Part shown: positions 1 through 18,376 of the stretch, piece by piece
Position numbering within the stretch: position 1 is the first letter of the stretch
How the letters are laid out: each line of letters starts with the position of its first letter
Origin: the human T2T-CHM13v2.0 reference genome, Homo sapiens
Direction: 5' to 3' (one strand)
Assembly (NCBI RefSeq): GCF_009914755.1
Contig: NC_060938.1
Length of the DNA stretch: 64,000 nt
Program-made: the position numbers and the translations under genes
The notes under the pieces: generated by a model
Seen by the model: only the letters and a program-made list of their open reading frames with translations
Told to the model about the DNA's origin: nothing
The model's database searches: none

Positions 1-99
1 TAGCACACCACCAGTGCAGGATCAGGGAAGGGAACTCTATTCCTGATGCCAGGACAGGAAAGAGATGTGCTTCCTTCATTTCATGAAAAAGCCACAGAT

Positions 100-957
<858 letters not shown>

Positions 958-1894
958 GCATGGTGGCTAGATTCCATAGTGCTCTCAGTAATATATGTTA
1001 GATACCCATTTGAAAACTGTTGTGGATTAAAATGGAAATGCCAACTGTTGTGTGTTACTCATTTTCAGTGAGTACATTCTGTGTTCTGAATCAATAATTT
1101 CTAAAAAACTTTTGGAGTATACCTATTCATAAAATAATTACCTCTATAAAATGTATGTCTTATCAGCAGCCATCCTTGATCATGTGTTTGTCAAGTTTTT
1201 CAAGTACAGCTTTGGGTCCATACGTTTTTTCTTCCTATTACTAGTTCATTTTAAAAATTTGTTGAAACCCTCCCTTTTATTTTAAATAATATTGTGGGGT
1301 TTTAATATTTCTCTCTGTTCTTAAAAAAAGCTTCATTGAGAAAATATAAGTAAGCCTATATATCCTAAAGTTCCTTTCCTTTACTCTAGATCATTCTAGT
1401 AAATCCCCTAGAGACAGTTCTGGCTGTTTATATATAAAAGTGTGGTATAATTTGACAGTGTGTGCAGAGGTGTGTATGGATGTGCTCTCACATAGAAACC
1501 CTGCCTCCCCAGCCTGTCTCAGCTGATTGTTGCAACACTGAGCCGAGCAAACATGATGAGGTCACAGAGAAGTGAGGGAGTGGTTTTAAATAATGAAACA
1601 GGAAATCTCTGTCTTTGGCTCCAGTGGTGCCCCAGTGTTTTGGGATTAATGAGGGAAGAGCTATGTCTGCCTGTGTTCCATGAGTGCCCCTTGCTTGTAC
1701 CTCTGTGGAGAACCCCAACAACCCTGGCTGGAAAGCCACCTAATCCTGTGTTTCCCAAGCATAACCTCCCTTTGTTCCCAAGTAAGTCTTTCCTAGACAC
1801 CTGAACTTCTGTGCAACATAGGCATGAATGAGGAGAGTGAGCTACTGTGGTGTTATATATATACACACACATATATACATGATATGTATGCATA

Positions 1895-1899
<5 letters not shown>

Positions 1900-1936
<37 letters not shown>
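1900..1936. repeat. (TG)n microsatellite, preceded by a TA/CA-rich run
   Basis: Direct reading of the sequence. Confidence 0.95.
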
Positions 1937-1937
<1 letters not shown>

Positions 1938-2171
1938 ATAGTTTTCATCCATTGTTTCTGACTCATAAGTCCCATAGCCCTTGTTACAGTCTTTTGTTGT
2001 AATGTTGGGTGTCTTGCCTCCTTTCAGCTGCCCAAGGCAGGACTCTAATCTGACTGTGAGTCAGAAGACCCTTATTCCAGAGAGGGCCCTGCCTCATTCC
2101 CTAGAGGCAGGAATGCTGCACAGAGAGGCCAAGATAAGTCCGAACAGACAGGCCTTGCTGGGTTTAGATCA

Positions 2172-2549
<378 letters not shown>

Positions 2550-4041
2550 TCAAGGACAGCGTTCAAGAGCTTCCAAATGGCGGAACACGTGGAGGTTTCT
2601 GAGGATGGCCCGAGGGAGGGCATGGAGGCTCCCGCCTGGCCTCATACCTCGCCCTTTGCGTCCCTTCATCTGTGTCTTCTGCAGTATCCTCTACGATATA
2701 CCGGTAACTGTAAGTACATATTTCCCTGAGTCCTGTGAGCCACTCTGGCAAATTAATCGAATCCAAAGAGGGCTTGTGGGAACCCCAACTTGAAGCTGGT
2801 GGGTCAGAAGTTCTAGAGGCCTGGACTTGCGACTAGTGTCTGAAGTGGGGATGGGGGGTGGACAGCCTTGGCGACTGAACCGCCAACAGCTTTGTTCACG
2901 CAATTCTTCTGCATTGGCGATTGTTGTCAGGTTGTGAGAGCAGGGGAAAAACACAGGTTGAGAGAGTTTTTCCCCAAACAGCCCCTGGTCGATGCCCCAG
3001 AATGACTGGCTGCTGCATGGAATTGCAGAGGCCTGAGTGCCTCTGCTTCTACCGTGATTCCTGAGGCCAAGACCTCTGGTCTGCATGGTCTGAAGTCTCT
3101 TACGAAGGTAAAATGTTATGTATATATTTTGAATAAGGGTACCTGTTCCTCATTCTGTCCTTTTGAATTCCAAAAGTGTGTTGGCCTGTGAGATAGCATA
3201 AGGGACAGAATCATTGCTCTCGTGAGCCTTTGGGCTTGCTTCCTTAGGCACTACGTACTTTCTCATTCCCCATTGCCTTCAGGATTCTTTCTGTCAGAAT
3301 GTAGTGGCTGTGGCCTGGGGGTGACCAGCATAGGGGCCAAAGAAGGGTAATGAGTCTTGAGGCCTACAGAGGGTAGTAGGCAAGGCGGGAGGGCAAGGGC
3401 CAGGGGGCAGCATCATTCACACAGTTGAAAACGTGCCCTTGGCCTGTCTCCTCTCTGTGTTCTGCATCTTAGAAAATAGATATTGTCTTGTGTTAAGATG
3501 AATCAATATAGTTACCCCTTTTTATATTGTCTTAAGCTTCTTAGGAACTGCTTTGTATTTTAGTCACTCAGGCTTGGAGTGAAACATGTAATGTGTAGTT
3601 CAACCTGAAAAAATTGGTCTGAGAGGCGTCTTCATAGAGTCCCCAATTCTATATATGATGAGGTCTCATCAAGCTTTGACATTCTGCTCTTTTACGTGTA
3701 ACACTACTAATGTAAATGTTTCTGGATTGTAAAGAATGGTGGGAAGCGTAGAGATTATCTGTTGGTGAGCCAGAGGCAGGAGGAAGAGGAGGAGGAGGAG
3801 GAGATAGTGGCGTCCCTCCTGCAGAAACCCCGCAGTGGAAGGACAAGATTGCAGGAGGAGTTAGAGACCAGTGGTCTAGTCCCCATCTGTCTTTGTGACC
3901 TTAGGCAAATCATTGAATCTCTTTGAAAGCCTTGTCTCCTTGCATGGCATATGGAGATTATAGTTGCTGTGAAAATAAAATAATCAGCTTTTAAAAATCC
4001 ATAAAAATGAAAAATGGTATTTAAGGTTGAAGGCACTTGTA

Positions 4042-4353
<312 letters not shown>

Positions 4354-4542
4354 TAGGCACTCGTATTTCTTAGTCGGGAAAGAGAGGACAGGATATGTCC
4401 ACCACACATTCACCAGTTCAGCATGTATTAACTACTGTGTGCCTGACTAAGCTTAGGTACTCAGTGTATTTTCATGTAAAGAAAAACAACATTTAAAACA
4501 TTTAAGTGAGCACTGACCAAATCTAGCTTAGTTCAGAAAACC

Positions 4543-5090
4543 CTTTTTTTTTTTTTGAGACTGGGTCTTGCTCTGTTGCCCAGGTTGGAGTGCAGTGGTG
4601 CGATCACAGCTCACTGTAGCCTCGACCTCTCAGTCTCAAGTGATCCTCACTTTCTAAGTTTCCAACATTTTTTGGGCCAGGTACGGTAGCTCACACCTGC
4701 AATCCCAGCACTTTGGGAGGCAAAGGTGAGCAGATTGCTTGAGTTCAGGAGTTTGAGACCAGCCTGGGCTTTATGGAGACCTCATCTCTATAAAACAAAT
4801 ATAAAAACTAGCCAGGTGTGGTGGCGTGTGCCATTAGTTCCAGCTCCTCAGGAGGCTGAGGTAGGAGGACAGCTTGAATCTGGGAGGCAGAGGTTGTGGT
4901 GAGCTGAGATCGCACCACTGCACTCCAGTCTGGGCGACAGAGCGAGACCCTGTCTCAAAAACAAAATTTTTTTTGTAGAGATGGGGCCTCTATGTTGCCC
5001 AGGCTGGTCTCAAATTCCTAGGTTCAGGTGATCCTCCTGATTCGGCCTCCCAAATGGCCGGGATTATAGGCATGACCACTGTACCCGGCC
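4543..5090. mobile_element. Antisense AluJ interrupted by a sense Alu (~4676-4965)
   Basis: Reverse right arm, then a forward full Alu, then the reverse left arm. Confidence 0.85.
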
Positions 5091-5751
5091 TCAGCAGACC
5101 TTTGTAAAGCACTTCATGGGTGCCAGTCCTGCTGTTACAGTGCTAGGTAAATGCATAAAAATGCTCCATGAGGCATTCTGTGTTCTCAGGAAATTCAGAC
5201 TGCCAGTTTCAGTCTGGAACGTGACACTTTATGAAGGAGGCAATAGAACAAAAAAAGGACAAATTACAGGATTAGTAATTATCAAAAGCTAATACCGAGG
5301 TCAGAATAGGACTCTTGTTCAGTTTACATGAGGAATTTAACCAAACGAGCTTCTGCAGAGAACCAGCATTAGGGTGGTGACCAGGCTGGGGTACATACAT
5401 GTCATATCAGAAGTGACCTGAGACTGGGTGTGAGAAGCAGTGGCTGATTTGGACTACTGAAAGCAGAATTAAGAGTCTGGTGGCATTGGGGGGAGATTAG
5501 TGCTGTGGAAGTCCTGCTCAGAGTCTTTCTCATGATGGGTACATTTGGGAGGAGCTTAGCAGACATCAGAGGACCTGCAGAGAGTTGACACAGCGGGAGG
5601 AACCAGCTGCACTACCACTCATGTTCTTTTCCATCTTAGCATCTCATGAGCATAATTCAGAATACACAGTTTGATTAAGTATGTGCAGATTCCATTCAGT
5701 TCATGAATTCATTCCCACAGTGTAGCCTAGCCCAAGTGTTAGCACTTCTTT

Positions 5752-6065
5752 ACTTGTTTTTGTTGTTGTTGTTGTTTGTTTTTTTGAGACGGAGTTTCAC
5801 TCTGTCGCCCAGGCTGGAGTGCAGTGGTGCGATCTCTGCTCGCTGCAACCTCCGTCTCCCAGATTCAGGCAGTTCTTCTGCCCCAGCCTCCTGTGTAGCT
5901 GGGACTACAGGCACATGCCACCATACCTGGCTAATTTTTGTATTTTTAGTAGAGATGGGGTTTCACCATGTTGGTCAGGCTGGTCTTGAACTCTTGCCCT
6001 CAAAGGACCTGCGTGCCTTGGCATCTCAAGTGCTGGAATTACAGGCTGAGCCACTGCTCTTGGCC
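5752..6065 (-). mobile_element. Alu (J or old S)
   Basis: Full reverse Alu with a (TTG)n tail. Confidence 0.9.
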
Positions 6066-6419
6066 AAGCACTTCTTTTCTCATAGTCTTCTGCTAAGTAT
6101 TTCCTTCTGTCAGCTGCCAGGCAGCAATAGTTTTCACATTTGTTTGTGGTTGTCCTCTAGAACTTGGCCTTTAGTGTGGTATGTGTAGGATTTTGTTGAT
6201 TCCAAGGGAGGGTGAAAAATGCTGTGATCCCCAGAACCTGGGATGGCTGGGGTATGTTGTCTCTGAGGAATTTAATAACATTTTGTGGTCATTGCTGGAA
6301 TCTTCCTAGACTCCTTTGATGGAAAGTAGGGACTCCAAGGGGAACTCCTGACTGGGCTTGCAGGCTGCCTTCTCAGAGCCCTACTTTATTAGTGATTTAT
6401 TTCTCTTAATGGGCTATTA

Positions 6420-6700
6420 GAAATGACCACAAAAACTGAGGCCCCCACCCATACAATTTCTATCAGTTAAGACCCTGGAAATTCAGATTTAGAGGGAATT
6501 TTTAAAGAACTCCTGGGAGTGCTGATGCCCTGCTGGACTGGGAGCCTCTGGTCCAGTGGAAGCAGCACATTCCCTCCAGGAGCCCCAGTGCTTTAGGAAT
6601 GCAGTTTCCCAGGCCCTGCCTCAGACCTGCCGACTCACAGTCAGCTCTCAGAGAGGCTGTTAGGTGATCATTGCGTTCATTTAAGTGTGAGAAGCACCGT
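6420..6700. mobile_element. MER5-like hAT MITE remnants
   Basis: gcagtttcccaggccctgcctcagacct...aggtgat...taagtgtgagaagcac resembles MER5A. Confidence 0.5.
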
Positions 6701-7004
6701 GCAGGCTTTGGGTGAGAGAGTCGGGGTTCATACCTTGCCTCTCTTCTTTCCCAGCTGCATGAACTTGACCAAGTTATTTGGCCTTTCTGAACCAGGACCG
6801 TAGCACATAAAGTGAGTGCGATGGTGCAGGCCCCAGTTCCTCAGCCACAGTGCTGAAACCCCAGAGCCTCTGAAAATGGAATGTTTTTTCATAGATTTGG
6901 TGCCACTTGGCCTGAACTTATGTGAGGCTATTTATAATCTCTATTCCACTTAATATGAATATTTCATTATTTTACCACAGATGGTTAATTAACATGTTTC
7001 CTGT

Positions 7005-7588
<584 letters not shown>

Positions 7589-7828
7589 TGAATTAATGTG
7601 TTTTCTTATGGTTACTGCCTCAGACTTCCCTGGAGTGTTATATAATATATAATATATAAAATATGCGTACAATATTTCCTTTCTAAAATTCAAAAAATTC
7701 TGAACTCTGAAACACATCTGGCCTCGGTTTTGGATAAGGATTGTGGTGCTATAGATACCCAGCTTATAGGTGGGTCAGTATATGCCATGTTAGTGTGTTG
7801 GTATGTGTAGAAAACTCTTGGCAGTTAG

Positions 7829-8770
<942 letters not shown>

Positions 8771-8822
8771 AACTGTTTAAAGACATTTCAAGCCAAGAGC
8801 AGAAGTTGTGTTAGAAGGTGGC

Positions 8823-9490
<668 letters not shown>

Positions 9491-9893
9491 GTGGCTTACG
9501 CTCCTGGCTTGGCCTCCTGGCAGGCTTTTTATAGAGGGAGTGGGATCCTTGCTGGTTATGAAGGACTTGTGTTCCTTAGAGTTACAGTCTTGGAATGTCA
9601 GCCCTCAGCTTCTTGTTTTTCTTTTCACCCAGATGGTGCACATAAGGAGGCAGCGTGAGGTGGGGTGGTGGCTAAGGGCGTGAGTGCTGGTGGCAGGCTG
9701 CCTGGTCTGAGTGACCCTGGGTCTTGGGCAGTTAACTTCCGTGTGTCTCAGTTCTTTTACCTAGAAATAAGGATAATGGTACTTACCCCCTGGAGTGTGA
9801 GATGGAAAGCATTTAGCATAGGTAAGCTCAGTAAAATTTAGCAGTTTTAGTTATCTAGGACTATAATGGAGGTTAAGTTGGCCAGAAGTATAA

Positions 9894-10018
9894 TTTTTTT
9901 TTTTTTTTTAAGAGACAGGGTCTCGCTCTGTTGCTTTGGCTGGACTCAAGCTCCTGGGCTCAACTGATCCTCCTGCTTCAGCCTCCTGAGTAGCTGGGTG
10001 TGCACCCTGCACCCAGCC
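9894..10018 (-). mobile_element. Alu monomer (FLAM-like) fragment
   Basis: Short reverse Alu monomer with a T tail. Confidence 0.75.
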
Positions 10019-10232
10019 AGAAGTGGAATATCTTGTTGGGGCTGGGCTTAGAGCTGGAGCTGGTGGCCGGCTCTGCTCGCTTACAGAATTCTGTACGGTT
10101 TCTGATTTCTCTCAGCCCATCTGTCCTTCACTTGCAAGCATCTGATGACTGCTGCATGTACCATAAAAACATGCAAATATATAATTCTTGGCTTTGAGGA
10201 GGTGACCCTATGAAATTGACTTAAAAAAGTTG

Positions 10233-10523
10233 GGCTGGATATAGTGGCTGGCGCCTGTAATCCCAGCACTTTGAGAGGCTCAGGCCGGAGGGTCGCTTGA
10301 GCCCAGGAGTTTGATACCCTGTCTGAGAGAGAATTAGCTGGGCATGTTAGTGTGCGCCTGTGGTCCCAGCTACTCAGGAGGCGGGGCGAGAGGGATCCTT
10401 CCAGGCTGAGATGTGAGGGTTCTTTGAGCCCAGGAGGTCCATACTGCAGTGAGCCATGATTGGGCCACTGCATTCTAGCCTCAGTGACAGAGTGAGACTG
10501 TTTAAAAAAAAAAACAAAAAAAA
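10233..10523 (+). mobile_element. AluJ with internal deletion and insertion
   Basis: Forward Alu with an A tail. Confidence 0.85.
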
Positions 10524-10796
10524 CTTCAGAGGAGTCATATGATTGACTTGTGTGTGTCTACGCAGACTCCCTTTTCTCTGTAGAGACTTACAATCTTCAG
10601 TTCTCTGGAGCGTTCTTCAGATTCCCTTGCTCCATGACTGACCTTGGCTAGGAAAATAATTGGGCCGTTTTTGGTGCACAGCAGATGAAAATTATCAGTA
10701 TGTCCCTAGCTTTCCACTGTGAGGCCGCCGTAGCAACAGAGGACAGTGGATGTGTGACTTGTACCCTTTCAGAGGGCCAAGAACGCAATATCCTAA

Positions 10797-11104
<308 letters not shown>

Positions 11105-12301
11105 TGTTCTTGATACCTGGTTTTTGTGGTCCTTTTTATCTAAAATTCATATGAATTTTGAGTTCTGCTGTATGATATGTAATATATATGTTCTAATATT
11201 ACAAACTTCTAAAAATCTTTCTGTGCACCAAAATTGATCCTCCAGGACAGAAAAAATGCCAGTGGTTCTTGTCTATACCACCATATTTTGAGGAACACAA
11301 GGAAAGATTTTGACCTTCCCTGGACGTAGAAGAATTTGTATTGTGATTGACACATCTTTAATGCCTTAATTACTTGCCTTCAGTTTTCTTTCCTTTTGGT
11401 GCTTAAGGGAGTATTTGTTCTCCATGCATATTTGGTACCCTTTGGTTTAGATAATTTAGATAATTAGCAACTAGTTTTGGTCTCATTATCAGACATTTTA
11501 CTCTGGACACCCCATCACCAGTCCCATCATGGGGGAGTTTGGAGGCCAGGAGATTCACTGGATGCTTCTTTTCTAGTGTATGCTCTTCTTAGATGGGAAG
11601 GAAAAAGGTAAAACCTCAAAAACTCTGTGGTAAACTGATGTGGGAATCTGATACTAAAAATGTCCCAAGTGATTTAAAGTGTGTAAGAATTACTCACTTT
11701 TCTGTGGAGAGCGATGTGCATAAAGACAGTGACAAGTGGAAGAAGATATCCAGATGAGACCCTCACTGCCCTCGGTGAGTGGATTGCAGGATGCTGGGAG
11801 CCCCCTTGCGTAGAGACTCACCGCTGGACTCCAAGCCCTCTGTGGCTTCTGCTGTGGCTGAGTCATCGCTGCCCAAGACTACTGTTGGGTTCTCCTCCCT
11901 GCTGGTGAGCAGTGAGGCACCAGGGAGCCCCTGCCTGCAGCCAGCTCGGTGATTCCATGCAGTTTTACATAGGGAAAGAATGCTCTACCTGGCTACGTTT
12001 TCCTATGTCCTGTTGAAATGAAGAGGTTAGTCATGCATTCCCTCAGCTAGAGCGTGAGGCAGTCCTTCCGAAGATTGTCCAATTTAGACCCAGACTCTTC
12101 AAAGGAAATGTCAGCATGTTTTGATGTCATGGTTCAAAACCTCACTGGGATGGTTTATGTGAGTACATACCTGTTTTACTTTTAGTTTCACTAGAGGATG
12201 TCATTTGGACTAGTTGTTTTTAAGTGAACATTTCAAACTTAACTAAATTTGATTCCTGTTTCCTTGGTTGTAGTTACATGGAAAGACCACTGGGTCTGGG
12301 A

Positions 12302-12531
12302 CAGTGGTTCTCATCCAGAGATGGAGTTGGTGGGGTGGGGGTGGGGTGCAGTTTCGTACCCTAGGGGGCATTTTGCAGTGTCTGGAAACCTTCAGAAGTG
12401 GGGTGGGGGATGCCACTGGCATTGGTAAGTAGAACGAGGGATGCTGTGAACACCCTGCAGTGCTCAGCATATCCCTACAGCAAAGAGTTTTCGGGTTCAA
12501 AATGTTAGTTGCGCCAAGGTTGAGAAACCGT
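12302..12531 (+). mobile_element. MER20 hAT MITE
   Basis: TIR-like ends cagtggttctca / ttgagaaaccgtg and internal gggatgctgtgaacaccctgcagtgc. Confidence 0.85.
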
Positions 12532-12880
12532 GGCTTGGAAATTGTTCATTCACCATACTCTTCTTGATTTCTAGTGAATGTATGACTGTTAAGATTTTAT
12601 GTTTTCATAAGGTGAGGTACTTTCTACAGAAATTCAGTCTCTTTAGTCATTAAACAGCAGAGGGCACTTGGAGGCTAGAGTGCCCAGAAGTCCATCAAGC
12701 CAGTCTGGATAAACCCTTCCCAACATGCCATAATTTACATCAAAACTTTGGTTAGCAGAATGGGAATTTTTGAGTAGATACCATTAGAAAAATAAAATAA
12801 TTTTCCAGCTGTGGTTCCCAAGTTCCCCAAACTTATGTCTTTAGTCCAAGCTGCCCCTTGAGCTTCAGCTTCGGACCTGC

Positions 12881-13760
12881 ATATTTATTTAACAGCTATT
12901 GAGTCCTTGGTATGTGCCGGGCACCCTCCTGTGTACCAGGGCATGGCAGGAAATGATATGGGCAGCTCCCTGTAGTCATGAGGCCTGTGTTCTAAGGCAG
13001 ACCTTGAAGACAGGGAAGTCCATGTGCTGATTCCAGAAGAATAGAGGGGGCCTGGCAGGGCTGGGGGGAGGTCAAGAGTGGAGTGCTTCATACAGCTGGT
13101 CTCAGAGGGGCTCATTGTCCCGGACCTGCAGGACAAGGAGGCGTTTTGTCCACAAACCTTGAGAGTGAGTGAATGGGGCATGACTGGGGCCACTGGGTGT
13201 TATTGCTTGAATGACACCTAACCTGTCTCTAGTGAAGCTCTTGATTCCTCCCTACCCCCATCCAGATGCTAGAAGACTGGGGAGCATTTCTTGGTCCCTC
13301 TTCTCTCACAATCTGTCGTTGGTGCTCACTTCTGCACCCTGTTTTCCCACGTCCCTGGTCCCCAGCCCAGGCAAGCCTTCTGCTGATGCCGGTGGCCCCA
13401 ACTTGTCTATCCACTTCACCCCAGTTTTCTCCAGACCTTTCTCCATGCTGCTGTCAGAGAGATCTAAACATAGGTGGCCTCCTGCCCTTCCCTGAAAACC
13501 CTTTACGGCCTCTGACTGCATTCAGTGCACCCTGCATTCCTCCTGATAAGGTCTTGCGTCTCCCTGCTGCCCCAGCTTCAGCCCCAGGAGCCTGCCTGCC
13601 CAGGAGGCCATCATTGTTCCCCCTGGACACTGCCTGTCCTGCCTGCTGCCTTGTCCTCCTTTCTCCAGGGGCCTGGGGCCTCAGTCTCTCCATGCCTGCA
13701 CCTGGAGTCCTGTTGCCTGTGTCCTACAGTTTCCTCCTCAGCCATCCCCACAGGGCTGTG
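12881..13760. mobile_element. L2 fragments in both orientations
   Basis: L2 3' motif atttaacagctattgagtcc...tatgtgccgggcac, followed by C/T-rich L2 sense-like sequence. Confidence 0.5.
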
Positions 13761-14547
13761 TCCCTTTCTACTAGCCATGTTTATTTTCTTGTGGGGATGG
13801 GGTCTTGCTATGCTGCCCAGGCCGGTCTTGGTCTCCTGGCCTCAAGCAGTCCTCTTGCTTTGGCCATCTTTAGATGATAACTCACTCACCTGTGCTGCCT
13901 TTCACTTGGAGGATGGGTGGATGATTCACAGGGACCTGCCCTCCTTCCCGCAGAGTTGGGGTTTTTGTGTAGGGGATTTTTCTGTCAGTTATTTTTTCCT
14001 CACCTTTCAGAGTATTAAAAGAACTAAGCCATTAGTGGTGAGGCATGAGGGCAGCGACCACAGCTCCAGGGGAGCTCTCTTATCCCTACAGCTGGCAAAT
14101 GTTCCACCCTGTTTTTATGGCACACAGAAAGGTAGGCGCATAGTGATGTTGTTAGTAAGCTTTTGAAGTAGAGCATGGTGAGTTAGTTGGCCTTTTTACG
14201 AAAAAGGAAATGGAAAACTAGCACCATGGCCTTGGCATAATTACTCCAACATGCAAATCAGTACTGGAAGGAAGTTGAGGCAGCATACCTCTATGCTCCA
14301 CTAGTCCTTAAGACACGTCTGAAAGAAATGAAATTTTATTTTGTTAGAGGTGAAGGAATGCATGGATGGAATGCATGGTCCAGGTGTTTATAACTGTGCA
14401 TTTATTTGGCGGTTGTTTTGGATGGACAGGAAGTGGGAGGGGAGGGCACAGAGAGTCACTTTGGCCACGTCCCTGGTTTGCCACAGGCTGATACTGGAGC
14501 ATTCCTAAGTTTCGCAATGGAGATGGGTGTGAAAGAAGAACACACTA

Positions 14548-14859
<312 letters not shown>

Positions 14860-15138
14860 CTAGTCAGGTGCTAGAGGGCTTCCAAGGCAGCCTCCAAGGG
14901 AAGGAAATGTCTGAGAAGTTATTTAAGAGGATTTGTTGGAACAGAAAAACTTCCAAATTGGTCTAGAAGGTGGACCCTAGCTATAGACGCATTTTACAGG
15001 ACATAATGTAAATATTAAAGGCACATTTTCAGTATTTGGGGAAAATATGTCCTCTGAGTCGAATGACCAATGGCTGTTTCTAGAAAAATTTTAGTTGTAG
15101 TTTTAATTTGATTGTCTTGAGCATGGTGATAGATTGAC

Positions 15139-15745
<607 letters not shown>

Positions 15746-15845
15746 TAGAGTGACTTTCTTAAAGCTCTGTGTCTCCTGGAAATGGAATGTATCCCAAATG
15801 AGGATTATTTTTAAGCTTTATAATAAAATCTTTCACAGCATAGAC

Positions 15846-16145
15846 TTTTTTTTTTTTTTTTTTTTTGAGACGGAGTCTTGCTCTGTTGCCCAGGCTGGAG
15901 TTCAGGGGCGCAATCTCGGCTCACTGCAAGCGCCGCCTCCCAGGTTCACGCTATTCTCCTGTCTGTCTCCTGAGTAGCTGGGACCACAGGCGCTCGCCAC
16001 CACACCCGGCTAATTTTTTGTATTTTTAGTAGAGATGGGGTTTCACCATGTTAGCCAGGATGGTCTCAATCTCCTGACCTCGTGATCTGCCCGCCTCGGC
16101 CTCCTAAAGTGCTGGGATTACAGGCATGAGCCACCGCGCTTGGCC
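15846..16145 (-). mobile_element. AluY
   Basis: Full reverse Alu with TSD cacagcatagactttt. Confidence 0.9.
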
Positions 16146-16304
16146 CACAGCATAGACTTTTAAAGACCATGTAGGCAAGAACAGATCTTTAAAGGGAAAC
16201 CTCAGTTTGGCTTTTGAAAGTTCATCTGATTGAAGTTAAACTGATGAAACATACTCCATCCATGCATTACCAAAAACGTTGGAGCACGGCATGGCAGTAG
16301 TATC

Positions 16305-16451
16305 TAAAACAGATTGGCAAACTATGGGTCTAAGAATAGTTTTTATGTGTTTAAAGGATTGTAAAAATAAGCAAAGAAGAATATGTGACCCATGAAACAT
16401 AAAATAGTTACTGTCTGGCTCTTTATGGGAAAAAAGTTTGCCAACTCTTGG
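16305..16451 (-). mobile_element. MER58-family hAT MITE
   Basis: ttggcaaacta ... ttactgtctggctctttatgggaaaaaagtttgccaac inverted ends. Confidence 0.7.
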
Positions 16452-17613
16452 CTTAAAGGGTCAAGAATGCTTTACCAAAAAACAAACAACCCCCTCCCCC
16501 CTACAACTGTAATGTTTGAGCAGGAGTTTTACAAGATAAAGAATTTTGATCTTGAGGGGATTTGGGTGAGGATGGGGCGGTGCAGTGGGAGAGAGAGTAT
16601 AGATACTGTTCATCACACCCAGTGCAGTCGGCTCTGGTGGGAACATAGGGTGACCTCAGTGTGTGGTGAGGACAGTGATCATGGCCCCTTTTACAAGTTG
16701 AAGCTTAGTTCTGGAGTGGTGGACCATCAGAAGCTTTTAAGTAGGAGAATGTCAATGTCATAAATTAGAGTTAATTGTGAGAAATTGAAATAAGTATTCC
16801 ATTTTTTTCTGAGATGTGCTCTCCTGAACTTATGAAGTAGTTCTTCAGAAGTGTTTGCAGTGTTCACAAGACACTGGCTCTGTGGTATTTGACATGCAGA
16901 TGGGCCCAGAATTCCTGACTTAAGGCTAAAGATTTATCTTGAGCTTATCATGATGTGGGCTTATGATTGTTTTGATCAGCAGCTGACATCTGTGAAGCCT
17001 CAGTGATCCTATAAATTGAGGAACCTGAGAGAATCAAGAGAAAGACAACAATTCTTGCTGATGTCAGTAACTGTATTTCACCTGTTAAACTTCTGCATGG
17101 AGGAGGTCAGTGTTGTCTGCTGTGTCAGCATCAGCCTACCTGGGTGTGGACGTATTCTTTGGGAGATGAAACGTAGAAAAGGTACCCCGAGTCCATTACA
17201 CATTCTGGATTCCCAGAAATAAGACATCTCTGAGGGCAGAACCTTTACAGTCACTTACATCAAGAAGGAATTCTTCAGGAGAAAGCTCGGTAAAGGTATC
17301 TTAACTTTGTATGTATACCCAGAGAAAACACATAAAGATAAAAATAAAATAATTTTCCTCATTATCCCCACACCATTAGCATCTTGGTGTATAGTCTTTG
17401 CATCTTTTTTCAGTATGTATGCACTTAGATCATCTTGTAGGACGCCAGTCCCATGCATTATACACTTTGTATCTCACAGTGGAGTGGAGGACAGCCTGAT
17501 CCTTAAGGGGATGCCGAATTGCTGCATCCCCATGATTTTTGCTGCTTTGATTCTTCTCATGAGCCCCGTTGCTGCTGTCTGTATTAGCGTCCTTCTGAGC
17601 AAACAATGGGTAC

Positions 17614-17804
17614 CTTTTTTTTTTTTTTTCTTAAGAGAGAGTCTTGCTATGTTGCCTCAGGCGGGAGTGCAGTGGCTATTCACAGGTGCTGTCGTACTGC
17701 CCTGGATGATAGTACACTGCAGCCATGAAGTCCTGGGCTTAAGCAGTTTTCGCCTCAGCCTCCTGAGTAGCTGGGACATTAGGCCCGTGCCGCCATGCCT
17801 GGCT
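17614..17804 (-). mobile_element. FAM (fossil Alu monomer)
   Basis: Contains the FAM/7SL-specific gcagtggctattcacagg segment. Confidence 0.7.
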
Positions 17805-18045
17805 CTTGACCATTCCCACAAGCCACACCTACAAGGAGCTCAAGGAGCTGTTTGCGCTGTAGGCGGTTTTTTTTTTTTTTTTTTTTTTTTTGGTTTTTGT
17901 TTGTTTTTGTGCAGAGGTCAGATCTCTTGTCTCATAGTGCAAAGGCGATGAAGGCCTTCATTACAGTCTCTCAATTTGACTCTCAGTTTGATCAGAAGTT
18001 GCTAAGATGGGCTGACATTGTGAGGAGGATACTGCTACAGCAGTA

Positions 18046-18218
18046 GTGTGTGTGTGTGTGTGTGTGTGTGTTTGTACAGACTGTCTCACTCTGCCACCCA
18101 GGCTGGAGTGCAGTGGTGCAGTCATAACTTACTGTAACCTTGAACTCGTGGGCTCAAGTGATCCTCCTGCCTCAGCCTCCCGAGTAGCTAGGACTGTAGG
18201 CTTGTGCCACCATGCCTG

Positions 18219-18258
<40 letters not shown>

Positions 18259-18376
18259 TACAGACAGGGTCTTGCTGTGTTGCTAAGGCTGGTCTCAAAC
18301 TCCTGGCCTCAAGTGGTCTTCCTGCTTCAGCCTCCCAAAACACTGGTATTACAGGAGTGAGCCAGAGCACCTGGCC
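18046..18376 (-). mobile_element. AluJ with a (TG)n tail and an expanded T linker
   Basis: Reverse Alu. Confidence 0.88.

Noticed and set aside
3771-3860. GAG-rich stretch resembling an acidic coding exon
   Set aside because: A short purine low-complexity run with no convincing splice sites.
13266-14166. Two overlapping ORFs of more than 200 aa
   Set aside because: They lie in C/T-rich L2 and Alu-derived sequence, have low-complexity composition, and show no recognisable domain or exon structure.
17307-17951. 214-aa hydrophobic ORF
   Set aside because: It runs through an L1 relic, a FAM element and poly-T tracts. The hydrophobicity comes from T-richness.
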